The notes beneath the pieces were generated by a model. The model searched no databases. It had not been told where the DNA came from and saw only the letters and a list, made by a program, of their open reading frames with translations. Shown here in pieces: positions 59,992 to 64,000 of a stretch of DNA of 64,000 bases (the first letter of the stretch is position 1; each line of letters opens with the position of its first letter). The DNA comes from Coriobacteriia bacterium. GTDB lineage: Bacteria > Actinomycetota > Coriobacteriia > Coriobacteriales > QAMH01. The stretch is from NCBI GenBank assembly GCA_003149935.1, contig QAMH01000009.1:2774-66773 (forward strand), written 5' to 3'. The translations under genes and the position numbers were made by a program.

Positions 59992-61359
59992 CTAGCCCTC
60001 CCAGAATCCCGCGAGGCCCAGAACGCTTGCCGCTTTCGCGCGAAAGCCGAGCATCGCCGAGTAGTTGGCGACGACCGTCACCGCATGGTCCATGCGATTA
60101 AGCTCCTCGATGAGCTCGCCATAATCGTGGATGATGCGGATGCCGGAGGCGGGCATCCCCGCATACTTGAGGCGCAGCGCCATGTCCTCGGCGCGGTCGC
60201 CACTGCAGATGGTCTCGGACTTGCGTGCGCAGATCGCCTCCCAGCCGGCATCGTAAATCCACGAGACATCCGTCCCGTCGCATTCCTGGTCATTGAGTAT
60301 GCATACGAGACCCATACCCTCGTCGGTCTCGTTGAGCAGCAGGTTGATAATCTGATTGCAGCCTGCCGGATTCTTCATGAGCATGAGACGCACCTTGGTG
60401 CCGTTGATGTCGAGGACCTCCGAGCGACCGAAACCGTGCTTGAATTTGCCAAGCGCCTCGAAGGCCTGCTCCTTGGAAAAACCAAACGCCAAAAGACCAG
60501 CCACGACGCATGCACAATTGTAGATATCGTAGCTTGCAGGCACATCGACCGGCACCGCCGAGCTTACGCCGTCAACGCTGATCTCGAGCACGCAGCTATC
60601 GCTGTGTCGCTCGAGGATCTTTTCCACCGCGACTGCGGGAACGGGACGAGCATAGCCGCAAGCCGGGCAGCGAAATCCGCCCAGATGTGCAAACGTGACA
60701 TAGTCGTAGGCATATTCGGCACCGCACATGATGCAGTGCGTCGCATCCGAAAGGTCGGCTACGCGCTCGGGGTAAATCTCGCAGCTCACGCCATAGAAAA
60801 TGACATCGTTATCAACCTTGTCGGCAATCGAGGCAACCATCGAGTCATCTGCGTTGAGGCACAGCGTCGCATGCGGAGAATTCGTCACGCCCGCCATGAT
60901 GTTCTCGAGCGTGTGAGTGACCTCGCCGTAGCGGTCGAGCTGGTCACGGAAGACGTTCGTGACCACGAGCACGGCCGGGTCAAGCTGCTTGCACACGCGC
61001 CGCAACGCGCCCTCATCGCACTCGATGGCGGCAAGCTTGTAGCGTGGCTTGCCCGTGATGCTCGAACGGATCGCAAACTCCGTCGTGATGCCCTGGATGA
61101 GGTTTGCGCCACTACGGTTATAGAACGCTTGCTCGCCCATGTTCTCGAGTGCCTGGGCAACGATATGCGTGGACGTCGTCTTGCCGTTGGTTCCCGTGAT
61201 CACGATGGTGCGCACGCCACGACTCAGGCGGTGCAGATATTCGGGATCAATCTTGAGGGCAAGCTTACCGGGCAGCGAGGTGCCACCACGTCCGAGCAGG
61301 CGTAGCATATGGTACGTCGCCTTGCAGACGAGCGCCGCACAGACCGTCCTGGCACTCAT
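59992..61359 (-). CDS. murT: Lipid II isoglutaminyl synthase, Mur-ligase-like subunit MurT
   Basis: ITGTNGKTTSTHIV, a Cys4 ribbon CIMCGAEYAY...FRCPACG, and a C-terminal DUF1727-like region. Confidence 0.9.
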   Translation of the reverse strand: MSARTVCAALVCKATYHMLRLLGRGGTSLPGKLALKIDPEYLHRLSRGVRTIVITGTNGKTTSTHIVAQALENMGEQAFYNRSGANLIQGITTEFAIRSSITGKPRYKLAAIECDEGALRRVCKQLDPAVLVVTNVFRDQLDRYGEVTHTLENIMAGVTNSPHATLCLNADDSMVASIADKVDNDVIFYGVSCEIYPERVADLSDATHCIMCGAEYAYDYVTFAHLGGFRCPACGYARPVPAVAVEKILERHSDSCVLEISVDGVSSAVPVDVPASYDIYNCACVVAGLLAFGFSKEQAFEALGKFKHGFGRSEVLDINGTKVRLMLMKNPAGCNQIINLLLNETDEGMGLVCILNDQECDGTDVSWIYDAGWEAICARKSETICSGDRAEDMALRLKYAGMPASGIRIIHDYGELIEELNRMDHAVTVVANYSAMLGFRAKAASVLGLAGFWEG

Positions 61360-61362
61360 GAG

Positions 61363-61836
61363 CTAGTCCTCGTCCACCGTGTCCTGGCTTGCGCCTTCGG
61401 CACGCTCGAGGAGACGCGCGATGCGCTCGGTGTAAACGGGGTCCTCGATGCCCGCGAGAGCGACATCCACGGTGGGAGCCGCATCCCAAAGTTGCTCAAG
61501 ACGGTAGTAATCACGCGGACCAGGCTGGAAGATATGCACGACGATAGGACCGTAGTCCATGAGCACCCACTCGCTCTCGTCGAGGCCCTCGATGCTCACC
61601 GGCTTGATGCCGAAATCCTTGAAAAGCTGCTCCTCGACTTCCTCGGCAATCGCATCGACGCGACGATTATTGGCTGCCGTGCAGATTACGAAATAGTCGG
61701 TGACATTGAGAAGGTCTGACACATCCTGGATGACTATGTCGGTGCCCTTCTTCTCGTCGATGGCGCGCGCGGCAACGAGTGCCTGCTCCTTGAATGCGCT
61801 GTGCTCGGTCAACGTGCCCCCTTTACGGACATGCAA
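61363..61836 (-). CDS. rsfS: Ribosome silencing factor RsfS (iojap)
   Basis: KKGTDIVIQDVSDLLNVTDYFVICTAANNRRVDAIAEEV...EWVLMDYGPIVVHIF. Confidence 0.9.
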   Translation of the reverse strand: MHVRKGGTLTEHSAFKEQALVAARAIDEKKGTDIVIQDVSDLLNVTDYFVICTAANNRRVDAIAEEVEEQLFKDFGIKPVSIEGLDESEWVLMDYGPIVVHIFQPGPRDYYRLEQLWDAAPTVDVALAGIEDPVYTERIARLLERAEGASQDTVDED

Positions 61837-61866
61837 GTTTGCTTGCGTTAATGATAGCGAATTGTA

Positions 61867-62571
61867 TTACAAGACGACGTCGGGGTCGCCCTGACGCGAC
61901 TTGTCGATGGAATGATGGCGCTCGACCAGGCTGTTCCAGATGTCGAGAGCAACCGGGTCAATGAAACGCTTGCGCTCGATGAGCGACACCATCGTCGTTG
62001 CATAGGCCTCGAAATACAGCTCGTCGAGCGATGCCTCGCCTACCATCTTGCGTAGCCGCTTGATCTGCGGGCGTCCCTTCGTCTTTCGAAGCGGCTCAAT
62101 CATATCGGCCGTGAAGATGATGATATCCAGATCGCTCATTTCGAAATCACCCAGCGTATGCTTGTGAATGGCGCTGATGATATCATCGCTGAGCTCGGGG
62201 AACTCGCGCTTGACGGCGGCAGCGCCCGTGAAAGAGTGCAAGACCGGATACAGGTACTCGATGTTTGCGGGACGTTCGATGCCCAGCTCGTCAAGACGCG
62301 CCGGTAATTCGTCATCGGTCAGCAGCTTGTCCCAATCATGCAACAGCCCCGCGATGCGAGCATCGAATTCGTTGGCTCCGTATATACATGCAAGCTTGGC
62401 AGCGCACTCGGAAACCGAATGAACGTGCTCGAGACGCTTGCCCGACAAGCGCTTGTCCACTGCCTTGGTCACGCGCTTCAGTAGTTTCTTGTCTTCCTTC
62501 ACGTTCGAAAACCTTCTCTCTCGATGTGCCAGCCGGGCGGGATGAGGTAGATGCCGCCGGGGACCAGACAA
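61867..62571 (-). CDS. yqeK: HD-domain phosphohydrolase YqeK (nadD-associated)
   Basis: RLEHVHSVSECAAKLA...AGLLHDWDK. Located in the nadD-yqeK-rsfS gene order. The true start may be the internal GTG at 62502. Confidence 0.8.
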   Translation of the reverse strand: MSGPRRHLPHPARLAHRERRFSNVKEDKKLLKRVTKAVDKRLSGKRLEHVHSVSECAAKLACIYGANEFDARIAGLLHDWDKLLTDDELPARLDELGIERPANIEYLYPVLHSFTGAAAVKREFPELSDDIISAIHKHTLGDFEMSDLDIIIFTADMIEPLRKTKGRPQIKRLRKMVGEASLDELYFEAYATTMVSLIERKRFIDPVALDIWNSLVERHHSIDKSRQGDPDVVL

Positions 62572-62616
62572 AACTCGCCGGGTAGAATTGTCTGGTTTCC
62601 GGTCAATCGTTTCACA

Positions 62617-63228
62617 TCAGACATTCCGGTACAGCTCCGTCCGCGCGATATATGCCCCGACGGGCGCCGGGATCATGTCGCTCACGTCCCTGCCACATGC
62701 CATGTCCTCGCGTAACTGGGTCGAGGACACGTCAATCTGCGGAACGTCGAGATACATGACATCGAAGTCGACGGGGCTTGTCCCAAGGGCCTCGCGCACG
62801 CGCTCAGTGGATTGCCCCGGGCGCTTCGCCACGACGATGGTGCACAGCCGCGCGACATCATCGGCTCGCTTCCAGCCTGGCAAGGTAATTGCCGAATCGG
62901 TGCCCATGATGAAGAAGAGCCGCGCACCCTCATAGCGCTGTGCCAGCTCTTCGAGCGTGTCAGCCGTATAGGTGATGCCCCCGCGTTCGACTTCGCAGAG
63001 GTCAAGCGCAAAGAGCGAGTCATCCGCAATCGCGAGCGCGACCATGTCGGCACGCTGCGATGCGGGCGTAACCTCTTGATCCTGCTTGAAATGAGGATTA
63101 CCCGCCGGAATGAAAAGCACGCGGCTGAGCTCAAGTTGCTCGGCAGCGCTGCGCGCGATGACGAGATGCCCATTGTGCACCGGATCGAAGGTGCCACCCA
63201 TAATGCCTATGCGTGCGTCTTTCTCCAC
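62617..63228 (-). CDS. nadD: Nicotinate-nucleotide adenylyltransferase
   Basis: IGIMGGTFDPVHNGHL...ISSTQLR-like motif (VSSTQLRED). Confidence 0.95.
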   Translation of the reverse strand: MEKDARIGIMGGTFDPVHNGHLVIARSAAEQLELSRVLFIPAGNPHFKQDQEVTPASQRADMVALAIADDSLFALDLCEVERGGITYTADTLEELAQRYEGARLFFIMGTDSAITLPGWKRADDVARLCTIVVAKRPGQSTERVREALGTSPVDFDVMYLDVPQIDVSSTQLREDMACGRDVSDMIPAPVGAYIARTELYRNV

Positions 63229-63231
63229 ACC

Positions 63232-64000
63232 CTAGCCTCGAATCTGGCCCTCACCGCTCACGAGATACTTGACCGATGTAAGCGCAGCCGCACCCATGGG
63301 TCCGCGTGCGTGAAGCTTCTGGGTGCTGATGCCAATCTCGGCGCCTAGCCCGAACTCGCCACCGTCGGTAAAGCGCGTCGAGGCGTTGGCATAGACAACA
63401 GCCGCATCGACCTGACGCTGAAACGCGTCAACGGCACTCACGTCCTGAGAGATGATGCTCTCCGAGTGGCCCGTGCCATATGCGTTGATATGTGCAATCG
63501 CCTCCTCGACACCGGTGACGCACTTGACGCTGATCTCCATGTCGAGGTACTCGGTGCCCCAATCCTCCTCGGTCGCGGCAGTGGTTTCGATGCCGTGCGC
63601 GGAAGCAATGGCAGCGGCAGGAGCATCGGCGTGGATGACGACGCCTGCGCGGGCAAGTGCCATAAGCAACGTGGGCAGGAAGATCTCGGCGACCTCTTCG
63701 TCGATGAGGATGCTCTCGCAGGCATTGCAGACACCGGGGCGCTGCGTCTTCGCGTTCATGATGATAGGCTCGACATAGGCGGGGTCGGCCTGCTTGTGAA
63801 TGTAGACGTGACAATTACCCGTGCCCGTCTCGATGACGGGAACGGTCGCGTTCTTCACGCAGTGCTGGATAAGGCCGGCGCCACCACGCGGAATGAGCAC
63901 GTCGACCAAACCGGCGAGACTCATGAGCTCATCGGTTGCCTCGCGGCCAGGGTCCTCGATGCTCTGGATGCAGTCAACGGGCAGGCCGGCACTGGCTGCC
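63232..64000 (-). CDS. proA: Gamma-glutamyl phosphate reductase, C-terminal part (5' end beyond window)
   Basis: ...[35 protein letters not shown]...CNACESILI...HTDAI-like region. The ORF is open to the window end. Confidence 0.9.
   Translation of the reverse strand, partial: AASAGLPVDCIQSIEDPGREATDELMSLAGLVDVLIPRGGAGLIQHCVKNATVPVIETGTGNCHVYIHKQADPAYVEPIIMNAKTQRPGVCNACESILIDEEVAEIFLPTLLMALARAGVVIHADAPAAAIASAHGIETTAATEEDWGTEYLDMEISVKCVTGVEEAIAHINAYGTGHSESIISQDVSAVDAFQRQVDAAVVYANASTRFTDGGEFGLGAEIGISTQKLHARGPMGAAALTSVKYLVSGEGQIRG

Overview
High-GC, actinobacterial-type chromosome segment. Gene content and order suggest an anaerobic Coriobacteriia-like gut organism; that is an inference, since no database search was possible. 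Almost all core genes lie on the minus strand: rplT-rpmI-infC, rsmA, tatD, metG, rsmI, gap, proB-obg, rdgB-rph-murI-pepF, ssrA/smpB, rpsI-rplM, murT-gatD, rsfS-yqeK-nadD-proA. On the plus strand are a [NiFe] uptake hydrogenase cluster and a PaaK-like ligase locus.

Two stretches look AT-richer by eye (GC not computed) and read as accessory islands.
- Island 1 (about 765-3951) carries a small basic ORF, an Rx4H (HEPN-like) protein, and a tyrosine recombinase translationally coupled to an intact hsdS.
- Island 2 (about 15152-24431) carries a metallophosphoesterase, a silent half-hsdS, an IS256-family element that truncates the hsdS next to hsdM-hsdR, a small PD-(D/E)xK-like ORF, and a GIY-YIG/DUF4357 nuclease.

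The best candidate for an undescribed system is a compact four-gene minus-strand operon (38636-45656) just downstream of tRNA-Thr. It encodes a SAM methyltransferase, an intracellular BspA-type LRR protein, a DUF2201 metallopeptidase-like/vWA protein, and a MoxR-type AAA+ ATPase fused to a second, paralogous methyltransferase.

The intergenic DNA is unusually structured.
- A dispersed ~40-bp element (GAGATTTCTCGACTCCGC...GCTCGAAATGACA) occurs at six or more loci, once in frame inside a gene.
- Several arrays are built from ~25-bp units with a 40-42 bp period, three of them arranged as nested long palindromes.
- There is a 2 x 197-bp tandem element with a long hairpin.

A molybdopterin oxidoreductase operon faces a PucR-type regulator across two CCGTAC-N5-GTACGG palindromes. 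Many long ORFs in the six-frame track are antisense shadows of real genes and are not reported as features.
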